From NCBI RefSeq assembly GCF_988242995.1, contig NZ_OZ547043.1: 64,000 nt of DNA; one strand, 5' to 3'. Both the position numbers and the translations under genes were made by a program. Under the pieces are notes generated by a model that was given only the letters and a program-made list of their open reading frames with translations, ran no database searches and was not told where the DNA came from. Shown piece after piece: positions 18,894-27,506 of this stretch (its first letter is position 1; the number at the start of each line of letters is the position of its first letter).

Positions 18894-19402
18894 CAGATTT
18901 GACTCACGATGCAGCGCGGCTTGTCCTGGATACGCGCCACCGCCCAGCGCATATCCCGCCACAGTTCATCAATGGTGCTGTCAATGCTGTCGGCCTTCTT
19001 GTCGCCTTTCGCACTGGCATCCACGCCGCGATAACGCTCATAAAGCGACGCGGTCGCCATCGCACACACGGCGCGCTCGTAGTAAAAAACTTTGATGCTT
19101 TCACCGTCGATATCGTCTGCCGGGACGTCAGCCAGACGCGTAAAACCGGCGGCAATTTTCTGTTCGCGGTACTCGTACAGCTCCGCATTCGTTTCAGCCA
19201 TGCCTGACTTGATGGCCTCACGCAGACGGGCGGGGGCGACGGTCTGCTCAAGGCGCATACGTTCCCGGACGCGCTTCGGGTCGATATCGGGAAAAAAGAA
19301 CGTGTTTTTAATCACCGGCTCGTCGCCTGCCGGTTGCGGGATGACCACCGTACCCTCACCGGACACGGGAGCCTCCTTTCGCGGAATAATCAGCGTCATC
19401 AT
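18893..19402 (-). CDS. L: Capsid completion protein gpL
   Basis: 169 aa from ATG 19402 (MMTLIIPRKE...), P2 L length; ORF-track start is further upstream. Confidence 0.9.
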   Translation of the reverse strand: MMTLIIPRKEAPVSGEGTVVIPQPAGDEPVIKNTFFFPDIDPKRVRERMRLEQTVAPARLREAIKSGMAETNAELYEYREQKIAAGFTRLADVPADDIDGESIKVFYYERAVCAMATASLYERYRGVDASAKGDKKADSIDSTIDELWRDMRWAVARIQDKPRCIVSQI

Positions 19403-19501
19403 GACTACCTCTGAAAAGTCGGGCGGTGGACGCCGGTACAGTGTCAGGTGATTCACCCTCACTGACCGGCGTGCCGCCCTGGCGCGGGGCGCATTCGGTT
19501 G

Positions 19502-20245
19502 TTAACTGGCTTTCTTTTTCGGGCGTCCACGTTTTGCCGGTGTCACGCTCCGGGTCTTACGCGGGGTACGGGTGGCCGCTTTTGGCTGCGGCTCCGGCTT
19601 CGGTTTCAGCTCCCGCTCCAGTCGTTCAATCTCTTTTTTGACGCCTGCCTGACAGTCGAGCTGCGTCGCACGTTGCAGGTGAGCCAGCGCACCGGCGGCA
19701 TCACCACCGTCACGCAGAAACAGACCGGTGATTTTGTGCAGCTTTGCGCGCACTTCATCAGGCATGTCAGCCGTGGCGGTCAGTTCAAGGGTCTCCGTCA
19801 GCAGGCGGGTATCCACAGACTCACCGGCAGCGTGAGCGCGCATGGCCGCAAGCGCTACCTCCTCGGTGAACATGTACGGCGGGGTACGGCGGTGTTTACC
19901 CGGCATGGTCAGACCGTACTTCAGGGCATAACGGGCAATCTCCAGCGCACCGGCAATATCGCCGGTATCCAGACGCCACAGCATGACCGTCATCAGAATG
20001 TCATCCTGTGCACCTTTGCCCTGCTCCAGCACGCCGTTCACCCACGGCAACCAGAACGGCAGCAGTTCGCGTTTTTTCGCGGCCTTCAGCTCTTTTGAAT
20101 AAATCGCTTTCAGTGTGCGCTGGTCTGCGGCGAGCTTAACCAGCATCTGCTCATAGACAGTTGCATGTCGCAGCGGGGCGGCTTCCCGCTGCGCGGTCAT
20201 CGCTGCCGAGACCCGCATCATGTGGCGCTGTGCGGGACTCGTCAT
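19502..20245 (-). CDS. M: Terminase small subunit gpM
   Basis: 247 aa, P2 M length and position; basic C-terminal tail. Confidence 0.9.
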   Translation of the reverse strand: MTSPAQRHMMRVSAAMTAQREAAPLRHATVYEQMLVKLAADQRTLKAIYSKELKAAKKRELLPFWLPWVNGVLEQGKGAQDDILMTVMLWRLDTGDIAGALEIARYALKYGLTMPGKHRRTPPYMFTEEVALAAMRAHAAGESVDTRLLTETLELTATADMPDEVRAKLHKITGLFLRDGGDAAGALAHLQRATQLDCQAGVKKEIERLERELKPKPEPQPKAATRTPRKTRSVTPAKRGRPKKKAS

Positions 20246-20248
20246 CGG

Positions 20249-21322
20249 TTACGCTCCCGGCTCTGCGGTCGCTTTAGCCAGTGTGGAGAAATCACCGACC
20301 TTAATTTTTTCCACCAGACAACCGGCGGCGTAGTCTTCCACCACGTAATCAATGTTCATTGACTCGTAGTTCTCCACGCGGTCGAGTTTCGGGTTTTCCT
20401 CAATCACGCGGCGATGGCTGTCATCCATGTAGTAGATGGACAGGTTTTCCAGCTTTGTGATGAGCATCGCATCCGCCGGGAAGTACGGGACGCGTACCGC
20501 CGGCAGGTTACCGATGCGTTTCTGGCTGATGATGACGTCAGCGGCCAGCATTTCGCTGTTGTCCTGCTCCTTGTTGACGATGGGAAAATACTTGTCCGCC
20601 AGTAGCTGACGTCCCACAATCACCACAAGGTCAGGGTCTTCCTGATACCACGGCTCAATCAGGTTGTTGGTCGCATCCATCACCAGTGCGTCAAGGCTGG
20701 CATAATCACCGCCCTTACCCACGCGGATAACCTCAGAGGTCGTGCGGCCTTCCTCGTCAGTGACCTTGCTCATCACGCGCGCCGGGGCTTCATTGCGGTA
20801 TTTCTGCAGCCAGCCGACCGCCACATCCTGCAGCATCGGATTGCTGCTGCGGTCAGAGGTTTCTGCACGCTTCACGCCGTTAAAACCGGCCATAATGAAA
20901 TCAAGGGACTGGCGTTTGATAATGGCGTTACGGACACGGAGCTGGAAATCCTGATAACGCGCCCACAGGTCAAGCGTTTTGTAGCGGATATAAAAATCGA
21001 AGTTAATCTGGTCGCATTCGTACTTGTTTGACGCCAGCTTCGAGAAGTCCTTCGGCTGACGCTCGGTGCCACCGGCAGTGTCGGTGGTGCTGGCGATTGA
21101 GCCGGTGACACCAATACCAATTTTTTCCCCTTTCATTTCGCTGACCGGCACAATGTTGATGCGGGTCAGAAAATCAGAGGACTCCTGCATGGTGTTCATC
21201 AGGGTCTGGGTGACCGACGGTTCAACGGTGAATTTTTTCGACACATCACCGGCGTCGATGCCGTTCAGTTCGGCAACACGGGACAGGTAGGCATTAAATT
21301 TAAAGCGGGTTTCCTGGCGCAT
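20249..21322 (-). CDS. N: Major capsid protein gpN
   Basis: 357 aa, P2 N length and position. Confidence 0.9.
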   Translation of the reverse strand: MRQETRFKFNAYLSRVAELNGIDAGDVSKKFTVEPSVTQTLMNTMQESSDFLTRINIVPVSEMKGEKIGIGVTGSIASTTDTAGGTERQPKDFSKLASNKYECDQINFDFYIRYKTLDLWARYQDFQLRVRNAIIKRQSLDFIMAGFNGVKRAETSDRSSNPMLQDVAVGWLQKYRNEAPARVMSKVTDEEGRTTSEVIRVGKGGDYASLDALVMDATNNLIEPWYQEDPDLVVIVGRQLLADKYFPIVNKEQDNSEMLAADVIISQKRIGNLPAVRVPYFPADAMLITKLENLSIYYMDDSHRRVIEENPKLDRVENYESMNIDYVVEDYAAGCLVEKIKVGDFSTLAKATAEPGA

Positions 21323-21380
21323 AGTTTTTCCTGAAATTAAGGGTTAATCGTGAAGGTTTTCCCGGACTGACTGACGCCGG

Positions 21381-22235
21381 TCAGCAGTTCGTCATCAGGG
21401 CGTCACCGCCACCGCCGGTGGCCTTGCTGCGGCGCTGCTGGGTCAGACTTTCGGTGTGGTCGAGACTGTTTTTCAGGCGGGTGAATGCCTGGCTGGTTTC
21501 ATCCGCCCTGTCTGTCACCTCCTGCTTAAGTGCGGAAAAGGCAGTTTCCATCTCAGCGAGGCGCTGCTCAGTGGCGCTCAGTTTTTCCTGCACATGTTCA
21601 GCAACAGCGGTCACCGCTTCATGCACGTCATTCAGACGGGCGTCATCGCTGGCCTGTTTGCGGCCAAAAATGGACTTCACCTTTTCGGTCAGGGCGGTGA
21701 ACACGGTTTCAGGCAGGTCTTCAAATTCCAGCTCAACGGGCGTTGCCACTGAAATCAGGTTTTCAGGGCTTAATTTGAAGCGGTTCAGGGGGTTGTGTTT
21801 TGCCGTGCGGCAGAATTCCAGGTATTCCGTGCCGAGGCTTGCCGGGTCATCGGTGACGGCCAGTCCCACCAGATAACATTTGCCGGTGTTGGCAAAGTTC
21901 GGCTGAATTTCCATTGAGGTGTAGACCTTCTGCGCGGCCTTGTTCATCGCGATAAGGTCATCGGTCGGGGTGATTTTCGCAAACAGCGCCCATTTGCCTT
22001 TCAGCGCCGAATCATCGTCAATCTTTTCGGCCTTCAGTTCGACCACATCGCCATAACGCTTAAAAATACCGTCAGGCAGGATGCCGCGCAGATGTTCCAG
22101 GTTAATGCGGCAACCATAGACTCGCGGGTCAAAGGTTTCGGCCATTTCCTGAATATCCTGCGCACTGATGACACGCCCGTCACAGGTGTCACCCTCAACG
22201 CCGATACGAAAGAATTTTGAGACTTTTTTTGCCAT
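21381..22235 (-). CDS. O: Capsid scaffold protein gpO
   Basis: 284 aa from ATG 22235 (MAKKVSKFF...), P2 O length. Confidence 0.9.
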   Translation of the reverse strand: MAKKVSKFFRIGVEGDTCDGRVISAQDIQEMAETFDPRVYGCRINLEHLRGILPDGIFKRYGDVVELKAEKIDDDSALKGKWALFAKITPTDDLIAMNKAAQKVYTSMEIQPNFANTGKCYLVGLAVTDDPASLGTEYLEFCRTAKHNPLNRFKLSPENLISVATPVELEFEDLPETVFTALTEKVKSIFGRKQASDDARLNDVHEAVTAVAEHVQEKLSATEQRLAEMETAFSALKQEVTDRADETSQAFTRLKNSLDHTESLTQQRRSKATGGGGDALMTNC

Positions 22236-22408
22236 TGTCAGGAGTCCTGAATAGTGATTAGAGGAGTCACATGTCGGCATCAGTTTCCCGACGATACGCA
22301 TCCTCCGCCATCAGTCCCGGATGGCTTATCACTGACACAACAGCACCTTAGCGAATCGCGGGGCGCGACTCAGTAGCCTTGCCGTGTATTCATCACGGCG
22401 AGGTATTC

Positions 22409-24181
22409 ATGACCATCACCACAGACACCACTCTTTTACACGACCCGCGTCGTCAGGCGGCGCTGCTGTACTGGCAGGGGTTTTCCGTGCCGCAGATTGC
22501 CGCCATGTTGCAGATGAAACGCCCGACGGTGCAGAGCTGGAAACAGCGCGACGGCTGGGACAGCGTTGCCCCCATCAGCCGTGTCGAAATGAGTCTGGAA
22601 GCGCGGCTGACCCAGCTCATCATCAAACCGCAGAAAACCGGCGGTGACTTCAAGGAAATTGACCTGCTCGGACGCCAGATTGAACGACTGGCACGGGTCA
22701 ACCGTTACAGTCAGACCGGCAACGAGGCAGACCTTAATCCGAACGTCGCTAACCGCAACAAAGGCGGGCGTCGCAAACCGAAAAAGAATTTTTTCAGTGA
22801 CGAGGCCATCGAAAAGCTGGACCAGATTTTCTTTGAGCAGTCTTTCGAATATCAGTTGCACTGGTATCGCGCCGGGCTTGAGCACCGCATCCGCGATATC
22901 CTGAAATCCCGCCAGATTGGCGCGACGTTTTATTTTTCCCGCGAGGCGCTGCTGCGCGCCCTGAAAACCGGTCATAACCAGATTTTTCTGTCGGCCAGTA
23001 AAACGCAGGCGTATGTGTTCCGCGAATACATCATCGCCTTTGCCCGGCTGGTTGACGTTGACCTGACCGGTGACCCGATTGTCCTGGGCAATAACGGCGC
23101 AAAACTGATTTTTCTCGGCACCAACTCCAACACCGCGCAGAGCCATAACGGCGACCTGTACGTCGACGAGATTTTCTGGATCCCGAATTTTCAGGTACTG
23201 CGTAAGGTGGCATCAGGTATGGCCTCACAGAGTCACCTGCGTTCGACCTATTTCTCCACCCCGTCCACGCTGGCGCACGACGCCTACCCGTTCTGGTCGG
23301 GTGAACTGTTTAACCGGGGACGCGCCAGCGCCGCCGAACGCGTGGAAATCGACGTCAGTCATAACGCCCTTGCCGGTGGACTTCTCTGTGCGGACGGCCA
23401 GTGGCGGCAGATTGTCACCATTGAGGACGCCCTGAAAGGCGGCTGCACGCTGTTCGACATTGAGCAGCTTAAACGCGAAAACAGCGCCGACGATTTTAAA
23501 AACCTGTTCATGTGTGAATTTGTTGACGACAAGGCGTCGGTGTTCCCGTTCGAGGAGCTGCAACGCTGCATGGTCGACACGCTGGAAGAATGGGAAGACT
23601 ATGCGCCGTTTGCCGCGAATCCGTTCGGCTCCCGCCCGGTATGGATTGGTTACGACCCGTCACACCGTGGCGACAGCGCCGGATGCGTGGTACTGGCACC
23701 GCCGGTGGTGGCCGGTGGCAAATTCAGAATACTTGAGCGTCACCAGTGGAAAGGCATGGACTTTGCCACTCAGGCTGAATCCATCCGCAAACTCACCGAA
23801 AAATACAACGTCGAATACATCGGTATTGATGCCACCGGCCTCGGTGTCGGCGTGTTCCAGCTCGTGCGCTCGTTCTATCCCGCCGCGCGCGACATCCGCT
23901 ACACGCCGGAAATGAAAACCGCAATGGTGCTCAAGGCAAAAGACGTTATCCGCCGTGGCTGTCTGGAATATGACGTCAGCGCCACCGACATCACCAGCTC
24001 GTTTATGGCTATCCGCAAGACCATGACCAGCAGCGGGCGCAGCGCCACCTATGAGGCCAGCCGCAGCGAGGAAGCCAGCCACGCCGACCTCGCCTGGGCG
24101 ACCATGCACGCCCTGTTAAATGAGCCACTCACCGCCGGTATCAGCACCCCGCTGACATCCACCATTCTGGAGTTTTACTGA
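22409..24181 (+). CDS. P: Terminase large subunit (ATPase) gpP
   Basis: 590 aa from ATG 22409 (MTITTDTTLLH...), divergent from O as in P2; ORF-track start 22379 is a TTG. Confidence 0.9.
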   Translation: MTITTDTTLLHDPRRQAALLYWQGFSVPQIAAMLQMKRPTVQSWKQRDGWDSVAPISRVEMSLEARLTQLIIKPQKTGGDFKEIDLLGRQIERLARVNRYSQTGNEADLNPNVANRNKGGRRKPKKNFFSDEAIEKLDQIFFEQSFEYQLHWYRAGLEHRIRDILKSRQIGATFYFSREALLRALKTGHNQIFLSASKTQAYVFREYIIAFARLVDVDLTGDPIVLGNNGAKLIFLGTNSNTAQSHNGDLYVDEIFWIPNFQVLRKVASGMASQSHLRSTYFSTPSTLAHDAYPFWSGELFNRGRASAAERVEIDVSHNALAGGLLCADGQWRQIVTIEDALKGGCTLFDIEQLKRENSADDFKNLFMCEFVDDKASVFPFEELQRCMVDTLEEWEDYAPFAANPFGSRPVWIGYDPSHRGDSAGCVVLAPPVVAGGKFRILERHQWKGMDFATQAESIRKLTEKYNVEYIGIDATGLGVGVFQLVRSFYPAARDIRYTPEMKTAMVLKAKDVIRRGCLEYDVSATDITSSFMAIRKTMTSSGRSATYEASRSEEASHADLAWATMHALLNEPLTAGISTPLTSTILEFY

Positions 24182-25215
24182 TGAGCAAGAAAAAAGGGAA
24201 AACACCGCAACCTGCGGCAAAAAAAATGACCGCCAGCGCCCCGAAAATGGAGGCATTCACCTTTGGTGAGCCGGTGCCGGTACTCGACCGCCGTGACATT
24301 CTGGATTACGTCGAGTGCATCAGTAACGGCAGATGGTATGAGCCACCGGTCAGCTTTACCGGTCTGGCAAAAAGTCTGCGTGCTGCCGTGCATCACAGCT
24401 CACCGATTTACGTTAAACGCAATATTCTGGCCTCGACATTTATCCCGCATCCGTGGCTTTCGCAACAGGATTTCAGCCGCTTTGTGCTGGATTTTCTGGT
24501 GTTCGGTAATGCGTTTCTGGAAAAGCGTTACAGCACCACCGGTAAGGTCATCAGACTGGAAACCTCACCGGCCAAATATACCCGTCGTGGCGTGGAGGAG
24601 GATGTTTACTGGTGGGTGCCGTCCTTCAACGAGCCGACAGCCTTCGCGCCCGGCTCCGTGTTTCACCTGCTGGAGCCTGATATTAATCAGGAGCTGTACG
24701 GCCTGCCGGAATATCTCAGCGCCCTTAACTCTGCCTGGCTGAATGAGTCGGCCACGCTGTTCCGCCGCAAGTATTACGAAAACGGCGCACATGCCGGATA
24801 CATCATGTACGTCACCGATGCCGTGCAGGACCGCAACGATATCGAAATGCTTCGCGAAAACATGGTTAAGTCGAAAGGCCGCAATAACTTTAAAAATCTG
24901 TTTCTCTATGCCCCACAGGGGAAAGCCGACGGCATTAAAATTATCCCGCTCAGTGAAGTGGCAACGAAGGACGATTTTTTTAATATCAAAAAAGCCAGTG
25001 CCGCAGACCTGCTGGACGCGCACCGCATCCCCTTTCAGTTGATGGGGGGCAAGCCGGAGAACGTCGGGTCGCTGGGTGATATTGAGAAAGTGGCAAAGGT
25101 CTTTGTCCGCAATGAGCTTATCCCGTTACAGGACAGGATCCGAGAGATAAACGGCTGGCTCGGTCAGGAGGTCATCCGCTTTAAAAACTACTCACTGGAC
25201 ACTGACAACGACTGA
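24181..25215 (+). CDS. Q: Portal protein gpQ
   Basis: 344 aa, ATGA overlap with P stop; P2 Q length and position. Confidence 0.9.
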   Translation: MSKKKGKTPQPAAKKMTASAPKMEAFTFGEPVPVLDRRDILDYVECISNGRWYEPPVSFTGLAKSLRAAVHHSSPIYVKRNILASTFIPHPWLSQQDFSRFVLDFLVFGNAFLEKRYSTTGKVIRLETSPAKYTRRGVEEDVYWWVPSFNEPTAFAPGSVFHLLEPDINQELYGLPEYLSALNSAWLNESATLFRRKYYENGAHAGYIMYVTDAVQDRNDIEMLRENMVKSKGRNNFKNLFLYAPQGKADGIKIIPLSEVATKDDFFNIKKASAADLLDAHRIPFQLMGGKPENVGSLGDIEKVAKVFVRNELIPLQDRIREINGWLGQEVIRFKNYSLDTDND

Positions 25216-25384
25216 ACATCGCCGCCTGCGGGCGGCTTTTTTACATCCCGTCATCACGCCCTCACACGCTCACCACCGCACAAAACACCCCTTAGACACA
25301 CCAACGCCCCGACGCACAATCTAAACGCCATCACGACGCGCTCAGACGCTGAAAAAATAAAATCAGCACCACCGCCAGCGCGCA

Positions 25385-25403
25385 GTGCTTTCCCCGCCTC
25401 GCC
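25385..25403. other. cos site (19-nt cohesive-end sequence)
   Basis: gtgctttccccgcctcgcc is the reverse complement of the P2 cohesive end as I remember it (GGCGAGGCGGGGAAAGCAC); lies just downstream of Q where P2 cos sits. Confidence 0.6.
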
Positions 25404-25554
25404 CGCCCGCTTCATGGGTCGGTTTGAATGCAGTTGAATTACAACTACCAAACCAAGCAATCCCTACTATTACGCAGAAAATGCATACTGAAATACCTCG
25501 TGCAAATTGATGCAGCTAAGTATGCATAGGTTTTATGCCTCAACGTATACGTTA

Positions 25555-27387
25555 TCAAACAGAGCCCTGTTCAAAAACAGTATCAAAATATGGTAGGAGA
25601 GGATAAGCACACAGAAAGAAAATCAGGATGCATGCATATGTCGTTGTTTCATCGTAACAAGCATTAGTATATAAATTACCATGTGCTAATTTATGTCTTA
25701 AGGTTGCCCCACTCTTTCTGTTAAAAAGAACATCGATAGTCAAAACAAGATTTTTAGAAAAGATACTTTCCAAATCATCTCTGCATTTATCTAGAAGCTG
25801 AGAAATACTTGTTGACTCCTCTAATCCCTTATCCAAATATCTAGTAGCATCCTTTCCACTAAGCTCATAATAATAACGAACCATACCTTCCATTTGTGGT
25901 ATTAAAAGATAAGCTGCACTGATGTAATCTCCCTGCCATAATTTGTAAAAGCCCAAATTAAAAATCTCCCTAAACTCCGGCTTGACAATTGGACTAGTTG
26001 TAACCAATTTAACGAATGTTGACAACGTCAAGCCATGTTCTTGAGAAAGTACATAGCGAGCAGGTTCAAAGACACCGTTTACAAAAATCTTATGAGTAAT
26101 CTCGAAATTTCTTAGATATTGATCAATAACAACATCATCACTCATATCTTTTTTATTATCCAACGGCGGGATTGTATATATCTTACGCCCACTCTCATCA
26201 TTAATTTCTGTTCCAACAAAACTAGAGAATAAACTTTTTTCTGATAATCTTAAAACTTGTTCCCTCATGCTTTCAATATTTTCAATCGGTGTTTCACTCA
26301 TTAAAACTTTGAATATATCGGGCAAAGAACGCCCCGTCAGTTTTTTTTCACTTTCAGCAACCAAGTCACTAATATCAATAGAATGGCTTAAAGTGACATA
26401 TTCACTCCTTACTTCTTCTCTCAAATTAGCAAGTTGTTCCTTTAAATCTTCTATCTGTTGGCTATCACCACCGTACTGTCTTAATTCAGAGATAGCTGTT
26501 CTTAACCAAGAGATCTTACCCATATTATCAGGTCGTTCTGTTGCAACTTTAATAGTAATATTTGCAGATGCCAGTTTACATCTCTTGGCACGTTCATACT
26601 CACCATTTTTTTCATAAATAACTGCACTTGTCATATAAAGTGATTTTACAGCATCATAATATTTTTTATCTTTATGCTGCTCAGCCATCTTCTCAGCATT
26701 TTCCGCATACTGCAGATTATACCCATCAAAATCACGCACCATAAACCAAGTCAAATTATTGAAACCTTCAAAGATTAATCTTTCATTTTGAATACTATAA
26801 AGAGAATGAATGGCATTTTTAATCGCCATGTTTCCTTCTGATTTTCTAGGGTAGACCATTTTATTAATGTGCAAAGCCCTAGCAATATAATCACGAGCAA
26901 AAATAAAGCAATTTAAATCACTTTCATCCATGCTTTCGTTTTTTATTATTAGCTTTTCAATTGCTATATTTAGCATTTCAGCATAGGAATCAATTGCTTT
27001 AATTGCCACGTCTTTATTTTTCCGATTATTACACCAAACAACATCATATATTCTTGATAACAAAAATGGATTGGTTATTTTTTGAGAAACATATAAAAGA
27101 CAGTCATTCACCTGCTCATCAAAATCTTCAGGCAATATTGATCTTTTATTACCCCAAATCATTTGGGGTTCAAATGCTGGAGTGTTGTTAACAACTTGCA
27201 AATTGAAACTATATAGCATACCAAAAAGAGATGCTAATTTTTTCTCTTTGGGGTTTTCTGATGACTCAGCAATCCCATCCAGATATTTTTTTATTTTATG
27301 TGCATGAAATGTAACTGGTATATACATAAAAACACTATAATCTAGTGTTTCAAGCTCTTCCCTTGTAAGAACAAAGATATCATTCAT
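25555..27387 (-). CDS. Cargo protein, 611 aa, unknown family; C-terminal R-x4-H (HEPN-like) motif; candidate single-gene defence/abortive-infection effector
   Basis: Large ORF in the P2 tin/old position between cos and A; ~30-35% GC on sampled lines versus ~52% flanks; ATG 27387 with AAGGTG RBS (track start 27492 is a TTG); motif RHKLAH encoded at 25681-25698; no Walker A seen. Confidence 0.6.
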   Translation of the reverse strand: MNDIFVLTREELETLDYSVFMYIPVTFHAHKIKKYLDGIAESSENPKEKKLASLFGMLYSFNLQVVNNTPAFEPQMIWGNKRSILPEDFDEQVNDCLLYVSQKITNPFLLSRIYDVVWCNNRKNKDVAIKAIDSYAEMLNIAIEKLIIKNESMDESDLNCFIFARDYIARALHINKMVYPRKSEGNMAIKNAIHSLYSIQNERLIFEGFNNLTWFMVRDFDGYNLQYAENAEKMAEQHKDKKYYDAVKSLYMTSAVIYEKNGEYERAKRCKLASANITIKVATERPDNMGKISWLRTAISELRQYGGDSQQIEDLKEQLANLREEVRSEYVTLSHSIDISDLVAESEKKLTGRSLPDIFKVLMSETPIENIESMREQVLRLSEKSLFSSFVGTEINDESGRKIYTIPPLDNKKDMSDDVVIDQYLRNFEITHKIFVNGVFEPARYVLSQEHGLTLSTFVKLVTTSPIVKPEFREIFNLGFYKLWQGDYISAAYLLIPQMEGMVRYYYELSGKDATRYLDKGLEESTSISQLLDKCRDDLESIFSKNLVLTIDVLFNRKSGATLRHKLAHGNLYTNACYDETTTYACILIFFLCAYPLLPYFDTVFEQGSV

Positions 27388-27506
27388 CGTTTTCACCTTT
27401 TTCAGTATAAATTTGCACGCATTATTATTAGCAACATAATCATCAATAGTTAACACATGCAGATAGACAGCAATTTTACTATTATGCAACAAATTAAATC
27501 AGATGT

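Noticed and set aside
22436-23146. 236-aa minus-strand ORF
   Set aside because: Antisense to terminase gene P; no RBS and no phage counterpart.
25555-27492. ORF-track start at 27492 for the cargo protein (645 aa)
   Set aside because: The codon at 27492 is TTG with no Shine-Dalgarno; the in-frame ATG at 27387 has an AAGGTG RBS 6 nt upstream.
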